DNA of 63,814 nucleotides, filler included, from Sphacelaria rigidula (GCA_964200075.2; 10 parts of 10 records of this genome joined end to end with filler, not necessarily neighbours in it); one strand, 5' to 3'. Counted from the whole stretch's first letter, positions 12,876 to 26,310 are shown. Numbers and translations: made by a program. The notes: a model not told the origin generated them from the letters alone.

Positions 12876-13309
12876 CTCCCAGGGAAAAACGTTTCAATAT
12901 TTGTGCAGGTGTGCGGTTTGGTACTTTGCTCGCACGCCAGTCCGGACGCTAAGCTTGTTCTCTTTTGCGTCTCGGCTCGGGGTACTCTATGGGCATGTCG
13001 ATGCAAATATGTCCATCTACTGCTACAGTTACCCCGGGCAACACGAAGATATGTTTTTTTTTTTAATGCATCACCCCCTTGGAAAAGAAGACGAGAGCAT
13101 TGTTGTCCTCGCCAGGAGAATAGTACGGGTATTGTGCAGTGCCTGAACATCGCTTCGAAAGTAGTTGGTTACATGTGCTCCATGAGATCAGGATGTAGGG
13201 GCAACACGGCGCGGACAATTGTTCATGTGTACCCATCGGCTTGCTGTCCTTGTACGATTCGATCATTTGCAACACAATCTTACTCTGCCGGGACGCTTGT
13301 TGCATGCAG

Positions 13310-16300
13310 GCCGTCGGATGGTGGAGTGGAAGGCCGGAACGCCAACTCCGTGGAGAAGGCGTGCGAGGCTGCCAACCGGAACTGGTCCTTGGCGGAAGCA
13401 GAGGTGAGCAAACAGTGGAGTACCGGTGTCGATTTTTACGGGTGCGGTTTACAATAATTCGACGTTCGGTGCAGAGCTCCGTAATGCTTTTTGGTTTTCT
13501 GTCGCTGGTGGGCATGATTTAGGTGCTGTTGGAAGAGGCAAAAGGTAGATGGGGTGATCTGTTGTGAACGTGCGCGAAGGGTGCCTGACGCGCAAGCTGA
13601 CCGTAATGCGCTGTTACACATCTAAGCGCACCGCCATGTTCCAAAACGGTGTTGTCCTTGCGCTCCTCGTGTCTAGAACCTTCATTGCCCCGAACAATTA
13701 TGGTCCCCGCTCTGACCACACCAGCCAAATAGAAGTCTGTATTGTGCCATCTGTGTGTCTAGGACTTTCCATCTTCCCTAAGCCTACGCTTTGCCCTCCG
13801 ATCACATTCAACATGGTGTGCAGTTCGTGTGCTTTGTACCAAATACAGCCTCCTTCTTCCTTCTCCCTCTCCCTCAATAAAAACATCCACGGTTGGCAGG
13901 CCGCCGTCCTTCGATCTTTCCGTGTATTCGTGGAGGTGTGCGTGCTTCGCAGACAGCCGGGCTACTTGCCTACAACGGCCGCTCCAGAGTTGCAGCTAAG
14001 CAACCCTGCCTCCACCCCCACCCGGAGTTCCAACCAAGGCGGCGTGTCGCCCGCTCGTACCCCTGTTGGTGGTGCTAGCACTAGTAATCGAGGGGCAGGG
14101 GGAATAGCGGGCTTGGGTGGGGGAGGTGGTGACGGGGGAGCGGGAAGAGACAATGCGCAGAAAAATTCGGACTTCCTGGGTGCGTGTTTTGTGTGTTCGT
14201 ATGTGTGAAGTGAGTTGAATCGTGCTTTTGAGATGTCGAGGGCTATCGTCGGGCCACATTGCGGCGTGTGGCCTTGGCTTCGGTTGGAGGTGTTGGACTG
14301 TGCCCACACGTGTGCGACACGACTGCGTGCAGGGTTCGGAGTTGTTTTGTTGGCGAAACTGTGCTATGAGGACGGCAACAGCGATGGAGCAGCAATGAAT
14401 GATGGAGCTAGAGTAAGAACTAAATGTATTTTTTTCATGAATGGCATAGGTCGTTTTGTTACATACTGCTGTGCCTTTTTTGCCTTATGCAGGGGACAAT
14501 AGGTCGTTCGTCATGATGAACATTTGCGCCAACAGGCTAGCTGGGGAGAAGCGCAAGGGCTGGGCCGCGGCGAACGTGGTGGCTGAGATGTGCGAGGCAT
14601 TGGTGGGTTACGAATCCTTGAGTTTTCCTGTTTTCTGTCATGGTTCCACGAGACTTTGTGCCCGCACTCGTAACTGGCGCTGCGTGACAACATGGTATCT
14701 ACCGTGTTTGCTGATGCAGACTTGGCGCGCCACGCATCACAACCTTCAGGTGATTCATATCTGTTTTCCCGCTTCGATTCATACCTTTGTTGTGGGGGTG
14801 GGGGGGGTCTTCGTTGAGGTTTCTTGCTCGCTTAGATCTTGGTCGCACTGGTTTTACTTTTCTTTTCTTGTTGATACACCCTCTGCCCTACCCCGGCCGT
14901 ATCTGCTGTCTTGTTTTTTTGTTTTGTTTCAGGTGTCAATGCTGCACCATCAGCTACACGAGGTGGTGATGAAAGCCCTAGATCCCCGCAGGTACGCGTG
15001 TTGCATGGCATGAGCAGTGTTGTTGTAAATTGTCCCGTTCATCGCGCGTGCTACGCGCGACAAACCTTTGAGGTCCGGTCAACATGCACACGGTGACAAT
15101 ATCACTCTCTGTCCGGGTGTATCGGTGCCAAGCCCGAACTCGTTTCGAGCGTGTATTCGCACCGAGCCCGTATTCGCACGAGGCCCATGTCACATCGAAG
15201 GCGTATTCGTGCACCAGGCAGGTGTATAATCCAACATATTGTATTCGGTGGAGGTGTGTTCAGGGGACAGGTGTGTGCAGGAAGTGCGTAGCGGTGTTGT
15301 GGCGTGTGAGCCGAGCGGAACCTGACTGCTATCGGGTCGGATGAGTGTTGGGCGTGGATGTAACGATTTTGAGTGAAATGGGTGTTCCGCTCGCGACAGA
15401 ATCAGATTATCTAGTTATTATACGCTAAAACCAGCAGATTATGATCTGTGAAGGATCGTGTCTGCTGCACATGCGTGTGAAACGTAGGGGTGTTGGTCTA
15501 GGGGTGGTAGTAGTCACCTTGACGAGGAGACTGAATGTCATGCTATACTGGGGATGAATAGCGGTGTGTTGAAGAAGACCGGGTATAGGACGGCAGTAGT
15601 GAACCATGGACGATGCGTATTGCAACCTCGGTTACTTTATCTCACGATGTAATGGAATATTACATTCCGACGGTTTGAATTCGTGATAGAAAATGACCAT
15701 TAGCGTGACGCGTGTACAGGAGCATTGTGAGGAGGCGGGACCCACGCCTGGGGAGACTGAGCAGCGGAACGCACGGACAGATGGGCCCCGTCAAGTGCGA
15801 TGTAAGTCGCACACTTGTAAGGCGTAGAATCCACTTGCATCTATTTGGACGACCATGTATGTAGCTGTGTTGTAAAGCACGAAAAACTCCAGAAGAGGAG
15901 CACGGCAAGAGCAAGTGATGTACAAGAAGGGGGTGATAACTGGACATGAAACGGTATGAAAACTTGATGACCACAAACCATCCTTGCAACCACTTCTGTA
16001 TGCTTTTCCTGTGCCGTGTAGACCGGCAGAAACACGTAAACATCGCTGGAACGTAAACGTCCATCGAAACACGACGTGCACACCATCGTATCATGGATGG
16101 TGCGAATAACATATATGATTCTGAGCCACTCGTGCTTAACTGTCGTTTTCCGTGCTATGACCGACACTAGCAAGCACATCAACATCTCAACACCACCATC
16201 CGTCAGTGTCGCTTGACACACCATCAAAACCCATCCTTCGCACAGTTTCGAAAGTGTGCTGTACCCCTTCTCCCACTCCGCTATCGCACGTTTGTGCAGG

Positions 16301-18810
16301 AGACGTTGCGCCTGTTAGCCCCTGCTCTGGAGACCCTCTTCGATGTGGCTCCCTTGTCTCGCGTGTTGGACGTAGACGAAGGCGTCGGGGTTGCTTTGGA
16401 GGCCAATGCCATCAGCCGTGCCACGTGAGTGCAGCGTCAGACCTGCTCCTAGTCGAGCGCGTCAAGCTCGTGTCTGTTTCCGTGTCCTATACCTCCCCTG
16501 CTCGTAAATTCTTGTGGAGCTGAGTTGCTCTCTGCTTTCGGCATCATGTTTCAAGGAGAGGCAAACCGTGCCTCAATGGAATTTCGGAAAATCGCTCATT
16601 TTCACTTGTACCCCTATTTTCTTTCTTCCTGTGCTTCGCTTATGTTGACTTTTTATTATTTATTTATTTTTCGTCTTGGTCTACTATGTCGTTCTGTTCG
16701 TCTTCTTCTTTTTCTTCAGCGAGTGAATCAGTTTTGTTTATTCATGGGTACGTCCATCATGTTACCACGGCTGGATCCCTGGTGGGTCACTTAAAGTGCG
16801 ACAAACAATCAAATCAAACAAACCCCACGTCGTTCACGTGTTACTTTTTGGAACATTTAATATCAAGGTCTCTTCCCCCCGCTCGCGCGATGAACAGTCA
16901 ATTAGCTTGAGCACAGTGAAGTGCTCCCATTCATGGATCTACACCAATTTGCCCTCCGTCGCGCTTCATGGTTGCGCTTCGTTCAGGACGATATCCCTGT
17001 GCCTGCGCGTTCGGCTGAGACTGCTCACGGCGGGACTGGTGCTTCTGAGGGCTGCGGGCCAAACGGCCGAGGAGGTCGTTGCGGCACAGGCCGCGGCCAA
17101 GGAAGGTCGAACCGGTACTATCAACACCACCGATTTGAACAGGAGCATCAACGGCAGCAAAAGCAACGACGGCAGCGGGGCGGGGCGCTTTTCCTCTCAA
17201 GGTCGCCGCAATGGCCATACCAACAGTAGGGCGAAGTCGGAGCATGATGCCAAAATGTCTGTACGCGCCAGGCTGCAGCTGCTCCGCGCTGCGTGCGGGA
17301 CCCTGCAAGAGCTGGACGCTCTCGAAGATGCTTTAAGGACAAGCACCCAGCGAACGCGTGGGCATGGTGCTGACAGCGGCGGCGGCAGTGGGAAAAACCG
17401 AGATTCATGGTCATCATCCACAACTCGGACGAACTCAAATGGTGACACTGCTGGCACAGCAGGTGACTACGGTCCTAGGAGGAGAGGAGGGAAGCGAGGC
17501 ACCGGGAGTTGGATGCGCGATGGGGTAGTGGAGGCTGAAGGGGACAGGACACTGCGGGCTAACCTCGCGAGCGTTTGCGTGTCGATCATGGAGGAGATGA
17601 CCCTTCCGAGAGGGAGGTGGGGTTTTGACGAGGGGGAGGAAGCAGGCGGGGAAAATGAAGGATCGCGCGGATTTGTTCATGTGATGGAGAGAGAGGTGGA
17701 GCGTATCGTGCGGGAGGAGAAGGTACGATATTGGGTGAACTTCGAGACGGTTAAAGGGTGTAACGTAAATACCTCATGATGAGACTCGGGGTGTCCAGCT
17801 TTGTGTGCTGCCAATATCTATTGCGTTAATCAACCGATAGCATTTCAGCGCTCGGTCACAGTTGATTCGGGCGCATGAAATCCCCCAAAAATGTCGCCTT
17901 GAGCGCGGAACCGAGCAACCGGTTTGGTTGGTGCCACTGCCCTCTCGCTTGATGTGCGTTTTGCGTCTTGTTGTACGCCTTCACGTTGAGAAATGTCCGG
18001 AATTTTCATACCGGTTACAACCGGTTTCCCCCGGGTCTCGATTACTTCCCTCAATGTACCTTCAAGATATATGAATTGCTGACGCCAGAGTGATATTCGA
18101 CACTTGTCTCTCGATCTTCACGTCTCGGGGACTGACTGACGGTACTACGCAGGTGATCCCAAGGCTGCTCAGTCGAGCTGCAAGGGCGTCTAGGCTGGCC
18201 TGCGCCTCCTACCCTGGCCTGCACTCCACTCCGGCTCCCGACGCCACCACTGCTGCCGCTCGTAATGGTGTCGGAGGCTCGAATGGGTTCGCGATGGATG
18301 TGGATGATGGAGACAGTGGAGGCGGCGGCAGCGGCGGTGGCGGCAACAAGGGCAGTGGTACCCCTGGTGTTGGGGGGGTGGAGAGCGCCGAGGGTGTGGA
18401 GCTGTTGCAGGTCAGGAATGTTGCGTCTTGTGTTGTGGTCTGTAGTCTGTAGTCTGTGCCTTGGTTCTGCAGTATCTGTTGCGTGTGAGGCTGTGTGGGG
18501 CTGTAGTGCGCGGAGATCGGGATTTGTTCCAGAGTTTGTAGGAGTGTAGAATCCGCAGCAGTATTCGACGTGTGTCTAGATGTAGAGGAGCCTGTGCGAC
18601 CGTTTTGTTGGTCGTGATAACACGGAGAAGCATACGCTGTGCACTCACAGTTCTCCTCCCCGATGTATTTCACAGCTGATCTACAGCTTCTTCGCGAGCG
18701 CGGCGGCGAGAGGAGTCAGCACGAGCCTGATGGTGGATGGCGGGGTTCTACCGGCCATGGCCAGCGATCCTTTGCTCGCCCTCGTACGCCAAACGTCTGC
18801 GGATAGACAG
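13310..18810 (+). CDS. NUP188: Large helical-repeat protein, Nup188-like nucleoporin (internal part, nine exons)
   Basis: Phase-compatible GT-AG exons: 13310-13403, 13900-14179, 14493-14602, 14933-14991, 15720-15801, 16300-16424, 16987-17722, 18153-18410, 18676-18810, with no internal stops. The spliced peptide EKACEAANRNWSLAEAEAAVLRSFRVFVEV resembles the Nup188/Nup205 N..LSL..AQ..L..SW..L helix. The exon structure is solid; the family call is by recollection. Confidence 0.6.
16745..16822 (+). mobile_element. Retroposon 3'-end fragment with (CAAT/CAAAT)n tail
   Basis: tgggtacgtccatcatgttaccacggctggatccctggtgggtcacttaaagtgcgacaaacaatcaaatcaaa. Homologues at 27521-27594 (+) and about 28143-28245 (-). 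Confidence 0.6.
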
Positions 18811-19880
18811 GTATATGTGGCGTGTTCGCGCTACTAATAGTAGACTGAATTCTGCTGTCTGTCTCACCCGTATCTGAAATAGAGCCAAGTCAGGCAGCGA
18901 CGACAGTTGGTGAAAGTCGATGGTAGGCCCTGAAAGTGCCGATCCAATTCTCAGCAATAAAGCAACACGGCAAAGTACTGGGGGGTGCACTCGTGATCAT
19001 GCATGCCATAGTCATGAGACCATCGACCTCGCATCCCTACAAAGCCGGGACGGACCACGCCGGGTTTTCGCCGGACNNNNNNNNNNNNNNNNNNNNNNNN
19101 NNNNNNNNNNNNNNNNNNNNTTAATTAATTAANNNNNNNNNNNNNNNNNNNNNNNNNNNNNNNNNNNNNNNNNNNNGTGAACGGGTGTTATTTGGCGTGG
19201 TGGTCTATAAGATAAGAGTCAAGTGTTGCTTCGTGCCTTTCGACTGCCTGTTTTCGATCGAAAAAAATGTTTTTTCACTCGTCGCATTCTTCTCCGCGCG
19301 CCGCTAATTATAATTTTGAGTTTAATCCTTCGAGGAACATTAATGCGGTGGACCTACCAGATAGGCAAAAAAAATCGATCGCACTTTTTCGATCGAAAAA
19401 AAAAGTGCTAAGACACGCCCTCAGCAGCAAAGAAAAAAAGGAAAAAAGAAGTTATGGGCATTTGAAATTTCAGCAAAAACAAGATCATGTCGTAAGTCCA
19501 GGGAAAAAGGAAAATCTGCAGCTGCTCACGTGAAGTATCAGTCCCTTGGATGCAGAAGGTCTTGCTGAAATTTCAGCTCAAGAGTTGTAGAACTGGATCG
19601 TGCGTTCAACATTTTCTGTGACGCTGCTGCACCCCTATAAATGACGTGATGGGAGACTCCAATTATGGAGGTCATGAGTTCGAATCCCGACAGATTCTTC
19701 TTCTCTTTCTCATCCGTCGTTGAGGTATACATTATGCAGTACATTTTTTTTCAATTTTTTCCATTCAGCGGCGGTGCCGTGTGCGACCAGGTTGGTCTAC
19801 ACTTCACAGTGATATGCTCACATCGGGTTCATTCGGGAAACTGGGAAGCTGTGGTGTGAGCAAGTTTTAGCCGTTATTAA

Positions 19881-19977
19881 CCCTTAGAGCGCGAGGTTAG
19901 TCTTCTGTTGAATCGGCATTAATTTCAAGTGAAAAGAGTATGCATGATCCAGAAAGACTAATTTCGCGGTCTAAGGG
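19881..19977. mobile_element. 97-bp piggyBac-type MITE with TTAA target-site duplication
   Basis: TTAA|CCCTTAGAGCGCGAGGTTAGTCTTCTG...CAGAAAGACTAATTTCGCGGTCTAAGGG|TTAA. The homologous host repeat at about 38595-38685 lacks the insert. Confidence 0.85.
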
Positions 19978-20188
19978 TTAAGCTGGCCCAGCTTGTAGAA
20001 TTCCTGCAAAAAAAGTGAGAGCCCCGTTGACGAAATTGCAAAAACTCTGCCGTGCGGGGTAACCTTCCAATTCGTTCCGCAACCGTGCTCACTACAGTTC
20101 TACAATGACAGACAACAGTGGTGTACCGTACCGTTATACAGGACTGGCCTGGTGCGCACGGTGCGAAACACTACTTCGTACTAGTGTA

Positions 20189-20311
20189 CTGTTGTAGAGG
20201 TATCTCAAATTCGAGGTTTCCGGATATATTTCACAGTAAAAATATTCCACAAGTGGTTTATATTGCGAAAGATATCCGGGAACCTCGAGTTCGAGATACC
20301 TCTTACTACTG
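20189..20311. mobile_element. About 120-bp fold-back MITE
   Basis: agaggtatctcaaattcgaggtttccggatat pairs with atatccgggaacctcgagttcgagatacctct. The termini resemble CAGTAG/CTACTG (Tc1/mariner-pogo-like). Confidence 0.7.
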
Positions 20312-20625
20312 ACAACGTTTTCGTGAGATTGAGAGAAGAGCGCTAATTGAGAGTGGCTTTGATCATTCGCTTTAACTTAGCCATTTTTTCGTGCCGTGTG
20401 TGCTTTTCTTTACCTTCATCACTTGCGTGTGCTTACAGCTACACGTCGATATCCTACTAAGGGATATCAAGGGCCTCAGTGGCCAGCTACTACAGAAAGC
20501 ATATTGGGCCTCGCGGAGGGGCATTTCGGAACTAAAACGATTCATTCACTCATTGACCGCTTTTCACTCTCAATCGTACTGTATCCTCTACTCAAGCTCT
20601 ACTCTCAGTCTCACGAAGACATCGT
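20312..20625. mobile_element. About 300-bp MITE, TIR ACAAYGTTTTCGTGAGATTGAGAGTAGAG
   Basis: Inverted termini, collinear with a second copy at 33089-33381. Divergent relative at about 30312-30545. Confidence 0.8.
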
Positions 20626-22562
20626 CTACTGAACACTGTACTGTTATTTCAGGAAAAGGCTCGACCGTTGTTTGGTACCCTCACCCGAAACATGAACATC
20701 TATATCACGCTTTCGGAGTCAGTCTGCCGTACGGCCGACGGACCACTTTCGCCATTCTTCTCACTTTTTTTCGATCGAAACGTCGAAACGGGCAACAACA
20801 GGTGCCGCTCCTCGACATGACTTTACCAGCGCTTCGGGCAACACGAAGGCCGAACAAACAACAAGATCGCCGCGGCAGGCTGCGACTCAAGTCCTGCAAG
20901 TATCAGTGTCCGAAGGTCTAGCTGTTATTAAATAGAAAAGGAACTCTCAACCGCCAACACTGCGTAAAGGAAACACCAACACTCCTGTAGTACGGGATGT
21001 GGGAGTGTGCGTTGGCTCAGATTTCCGAGAACGGTTCAGGAATTCCTGGAAACGTCGGAGTGTGTGAAATCTCAACCATTCCGTCCACTGATCCTTTTCT
21101 TTTGTAGCGACTGTACGATACAAACGGATGATTTCTGGGGTGAAAAAACATGCGTATGTGGGTCTAAGGTGTTTGGAAGAAAGGAGAAAGAATGTTCTAC
21201 AACGGACTCGACAGAATGATAAGAGGACCGTAAGCGGTGGGATCATCCGCGGGCGCTCAGTCTCTCGTGTACGCCCCTTTGAAATTGAAGGAGCAAGAGA
21301 GCACGAAATAGAGAACGGACCAAAGAAAAGGTCATTTTACAGTTGGCCATTCTTCTCGTAAACTGGGGGGATTTTCGATTCTACGGGAATCTTGAATCTT
21401 GGTCTGCTGGCCGAAGTACAGAACGAAACAGAGCTGTCCTAGCATCCAAAAGATCGTGGATTCTGCCAAGTGTGGACACGGCGAGGATCTCCGGTATTCC
21501 ATGAATTGTGCTATTCTAGTACGTGTGCAAAACTGTACCGTCTGTAACGCACTGCAATATGCTATGTACTTGCGGCACAGACCAGACTGAGCAGCCGCAG
21601 TCGTGCGGCCGCCGTGAGCCAAACTTGAAACTCTCCGCGGAAAACACGAAGAATGACTCCGCAACGGGCGGACGCGACCTTGCTGAAGCACGAGTTCCCA
21701 TGCGGCAACCGTCAAAGTTCATAGTTGCGGAGTCGAGTTGCGATAAACCACACGGTAGTCAGTGCGCTACAGCAGCGCAGCGCACAATATGCGCGTTGGT
21801 TCCATGTGCACGGCATCTACATGACGTTGATAAATTAGTCCGCAACCGTCGAGCTGGGGTGGGGACCCACGTCTTTTCGGGTGCCGTCCATTTGAGGGTG
21901 CGGGACCATGTGTTGTGTATAATAATAAATGTTTTGGAAATCACAGCACCGAACCGTAGTATAGGGGAAAATAGTGAAAACAGTTCCGAGAGCTGGGCCT
22001 ACTGCGTATGTTGGCTGCGCATGTGAGAGCCGTCTCGGTGTGTCCGGCAGCGGATCGGACATATCATCAACTCCAGGCCGAACACACCTAGTATGACGCC
22101 AGACAAGCGCCGCGGCGTCAGCGTGACGGATTGTGCTATTTATACAGACAATAATAGGAACAGTTTGTTCAACACACGGCTGCGTGAACCGGTGGGACGG
22201 GTTGGGACATTCACAGGGTGGGAATTATATTAGTTCGGGGTCGGTGGTTGCCGGCTTTGGGGAAGTCTGCAAAACAATTTGAGCTTTTCGCGAGAGACAT
22301 GAGAGACCTACTGCGTCCCACCAAGACACGGGATGCATGGGGGGAGGAGATATTAATAGTTTACAAGGATCAGCCCATGACCATGTGGCAGTGACTCCAC
22401 AATGCCGACCCCAGCCCGCTTGATTCAACTACTGTACTGATAACATCCACAGCTTCACTACTTGCAGAGGAAATCTGTGTCGGTTGTAAAACTGACACAA
22501 ACTGAAACGGGAATTATCTGCCCCTGTCCAAGCAACCACGAGGTTAGCTACACTGACAAAAT

Positions 22563-22951
22563 CTACAGTACAGTCAACTCACTGTAGACCGAGTCTTGTA
22601 TGTCAAACTCGTTCTCCCTGAGCCCTTTCAACAGATCATGGTTCGTCTCCACTGAGCTGCCCGCCGAGTAGGAAGCCGGCACGTACTCGTCCGAGTACAC
22701 CTCGATAGAATCCCACCATTCCGTCCCATTTGATGTCGACGTCGACATCTTGATTCCCTACAAAACGGGATGGGGCCTTCTGCGCTGGCGTGACCTGTGA
22801 GCACCGGACTGCGGTGCTGCTGGTAGGCTGGCCTTGTTCTAAAGACTTCACGTACTTCTCTGAGATTACCACCCGAATATTACCCCGTTCTACGAGTGTT
22901 CCTGGACGTACCAACCAGGCCGTGTGTATTGTGTAGGGGTCGCGGTTACGG
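22563..22951 (-). pseudogene. Isolated coding-like exon, unknown product, probably frameshifted
   Basis: An acceptor-like aaccag precedes RNRDPYTIHTAWLVRPGTLVERGNIRVVISEKYVKSLEQG. A second frame continues WWDSIEVYSDEYVPASYSAGSSVETNHDLLKGLRENEFDIQDSVYSE. No family recognised. Confidence 0.3.
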
Positions 22952-25396
22952 CTGGTTGTTTGCAAGGTAAGGGGGTGGTATCTTCCCGATGCTTTTTTTT
23001 ATTTTGGGAAAATTCCTGGGGTGAAGAGCGAATGGTTGATCAGTGAAGAAACGTTCGAACATGTTCAAGTACTGAAGTAGCGAAAGGACAGTAACCAAAA
23101 AGAGAAGCAGCGAGAGGAGAATCAAGCATCCAAGCGCAGCATGTTGATTGATTCCGGGGCGGGTTTTTACGGGTCCGGCGACTGATCAACATGCTACTTT
23201 TGGACGCTTGTTCCTTTTCCTGGGGCTTAATAAAGACACGGCCTGAGTACAGTTCGCAGAGGTACTGTACTGTTACTGTTGTCATGTATACAATAATGTG
23301 AACCCTTTGACCACAACAGTGGTTTATTGGTACATCAACTGACACCAGTATTATGGCGGAAAAAGCGCAGGTTTGATTTCCGTCACATCCATATCTAGTT
23401 TGGCTTTTCTCTAAAAGTATACGGGTACATGGTGCTACTTCGATATATCTGATCCCCGATACTGAATAATAAGGCGTGAGCACGTGAGTATCAAAACAAG
23501 TGCACTAGTAGTACAACAACTCAAAATATGGTTTTCACTCAATAATGAGGATTTTTCCACAGACGATTTATCACCTCCACTCGGGGGTTTGAGGGTCGGT
23601 AGGCGTCGGAAAAAAAAAAAAAAACAGGCGGAGGTCGGGACACATTTATTTTCCAATTTTGAGTTGTCCGGAAAATATGGAATAAGACCCTGTTTATCGA
23701 AGGGGTGCTATTCACCGCATATAGTGGCCGAAAAACACGATATTTCGGCTTTTGCCCAATGAATATCGAGAATTAATTGTTGTTGTCTTCACATTAAAAA
23801 CCGTTCCGATATCTGCGCGGTACATTCGTACTGGGCATCTGATGCGGACGCCTTCCGTTCCGTGGTCACAGGCTAGCAAAATAGATACATTTGAAAAGAA
23901 GGCATAGAGTTGTTCATGATAACGATCCGGATCGGTTCGGTCGAGCGAAAATATCAAGAAGCGAGAGCCGCGGGGGCTGTAAACTCGTAGGACCCCCAAC
24001 GACCGATGAGCCCGTATCTCGTTCAAAAATTATCGTAGATGATATATTTTTCTCGAAATTAGTGCCGGGTGCTCATGTCTCTCGATTTCTGAAGCTTGCG
24101 ATCAAACAGAAACCGTGAGGAGTCGTAGTATACGGGCTCGTCCCGGGGAAGAGGAGGATATAGAAGTGATGAAAAAATATATTGTGCAACACGCATCGAT
24201 CTTGTCAATACCCTTATTTGGATTGGTTCAGCACTGCCGCAACGCGTCGATTTTTCAACTTGTTCGTCGCATATTATCTGCTGCTACCACAATTATTATC
24301 ACAGCATATCTATGTATATATGTGTGTGTGTTTATTGCCACATAATCGAAAAATCATCTCATCAAGAAGAGCAAGAGAACTGGAGGTAATCTATATAATA
24401 ATACACAGGCACAAGACCCCTTGAGAATTGTTTTTCGCCGATGTCGCCCATATGAGGCGCTTCATGTAGCTTGAACCCGAACAGTAGGCGCTGTATGCCC
24501 ATTTTTCCGTGGCACTTTGGGGCTGGGTTTGGGGGGGGGGGTTATCGTAGAAAGTGTCGGTGGACAAGATCGGTTTACCCAACCAAGATAAATATAGACA
24601 CGGAACCACTTGCTAAAGGGAACTCGACCAAGGAATACTACGATGCTATATACACACACATGGAACGAACGGAATAAACCAAGAAAAATCGAGAGAGACA
24701 ACACAACAGGGGCACAGAATGTACATGGGGATTCCCAGGTTTTACATAAACTTGTCCAGTTTTCACGCCCTGTACAAATGACACCAAAAGCAGCAACATT
24801 TGGAGGAGGTAACTCTCGCGTTGGAGCAAGAAATCCGTACTCGGCAAGCCACGTACGAACAGTGAAACAGAACCTCTACACGCCTTCTTTTCCTTGACAA
24901 CGATGAAAGGATGACGACACGCAAAGTGGACAGTACTGCATTGAGCAGGCAGCGGTAGAATACGACCGCCGCAGTAGAAAAAAAATCGACAACAACAAAA
25001 AATCAACAACAATCAAATCAAAGCACCTGATGCACCCTTGCTGCGTTTAAGCAAAAAAATTTCGGGTACGACGAAGATGTACCCTAGAATCGCGAGATAC
25101 GGAAAGAGTTGGCTCTATATTCACAGACGAGAAGGGGATTCTCTCCAACCCCGGCTCCCGAAATCCATCATTGACCATCATACTCTACTTTTGCCAAACT
25201 TCAAAGCTACCGTCAACCCCAACTCTAACCTAAGCCAAACCAAAAACCCTGGCGCAAGGGGATATTTAGAGCATCCTGGGCAAAGTCTACGTTGGCAGAG
25301 CTCAGATCGGCACCTGTTGCGCCGGTTTGAGCCAACACGTGGGCCGAGCAAGCTGGACGTGTCCTCGAGACGATGAGCCCGGCGAAAATTCGACTA

Positions 25397-25398
<2 letters not shown>

Positions 25399-25468
<70 letters not shown>
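25399..25468. repeat. (ATT)n microsatellite at a contig end
   Basis: Uninterrupted ATT run into the linker. Confidence 0.95.
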
Positions 25469-25814
25469 NNNNNNNNNNNNNNNNNNNNNNNNNNNNNNNN
25501 NNNNNNNNNNNNTTAATTAATTAANNNNNNNNNNNNNNNNNNNNNNNNNNNNNNNNNNNNNNNNNNNNCCCTACCCATCCGGGCGTCGGTCTATGGTCTT
25601 ATGACTATGACATGCATGATCATGAATCCCCCCCCCCCCCCCCGCCTTCCCGCCCGCTTCCGTCAGATTTATCTATCCCTCGCCCTTGGGGAGACGTACT
25701 CATTTGTTGCTTGCCTTAGTCGTTTGGCCATTGACAACTCATTCCTTTCGAGGCGGAGCAAGGAGAGCAATGGTGAGGCACTGTACTGTACTGGCTGCCG
25801 TCATTTACATCCTC

Positions 25815-26218
25815 GCCCTTGGGGTAGGCCCTGACCGATAAGGCATGCCGAAGGGGGGTCTACGGCAAACCGTTCAAGGCACGTTTCAGGCAAAATTGTT
25901 GGCCTCAGGCAACTGCTAAGGGATGCCTTACCCCGTATTCATGCCTGAAATGCCTTAGCATATACCTCGGGATGCCTGAGACTTGCGTTAGACTCGCCAT
26001 AGACTTGCCTTAGATAATCACTCCGGTTACCCGAATAATTGGAGTGGGCGTTGTCATAAGCTTGACTTATTGCTATTGTTTTCGTGGTATAATGTGTTTG
26101 CCTTTGTTAAATAAGGCATCTCAGGCATAAAACGCTTTATCAGGCAACCTCTTTTCGAGAAGGGACTCTAAGGCAAAGAGTAAGGCATGCCTTATCGGTC
26201 AGGGCCTACCTTGAGGGC
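25815..26218. mobile_element. About 400-bp MITE, TIR GGTAGGCCCTGACCGATAAGGCATGCC
   Basis: Perfect 27-bp inverted termini (25823-25849 vs 26184-26210), extendable to gccct/agggc. Many internal AGGCA/TGCCT motifs. Confidence 0.85.
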
Positions 26219-26310
26219 GGGGTGGAAAAGAAACCACCGCGCCCCGCTGGCCTGACTGGGTACATCAATAGCCAGTTGAGGCAGATTCTTACTGTACAGG
26301 TTTGTGCCGT

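Noticed and set aside
25368..25392. Penelope-type minimal hammerhead (CGATGAGCCCGGCGAAA)
   Set aside because: It lacks the CTGA core and supporting stems; at best a decayed remnant.
25327..25524. Poly-Ile ORFs (also 36846-37136)
   Set aside because: Translations of (ATT)n/(TAA)n microsatellites and N linkers.
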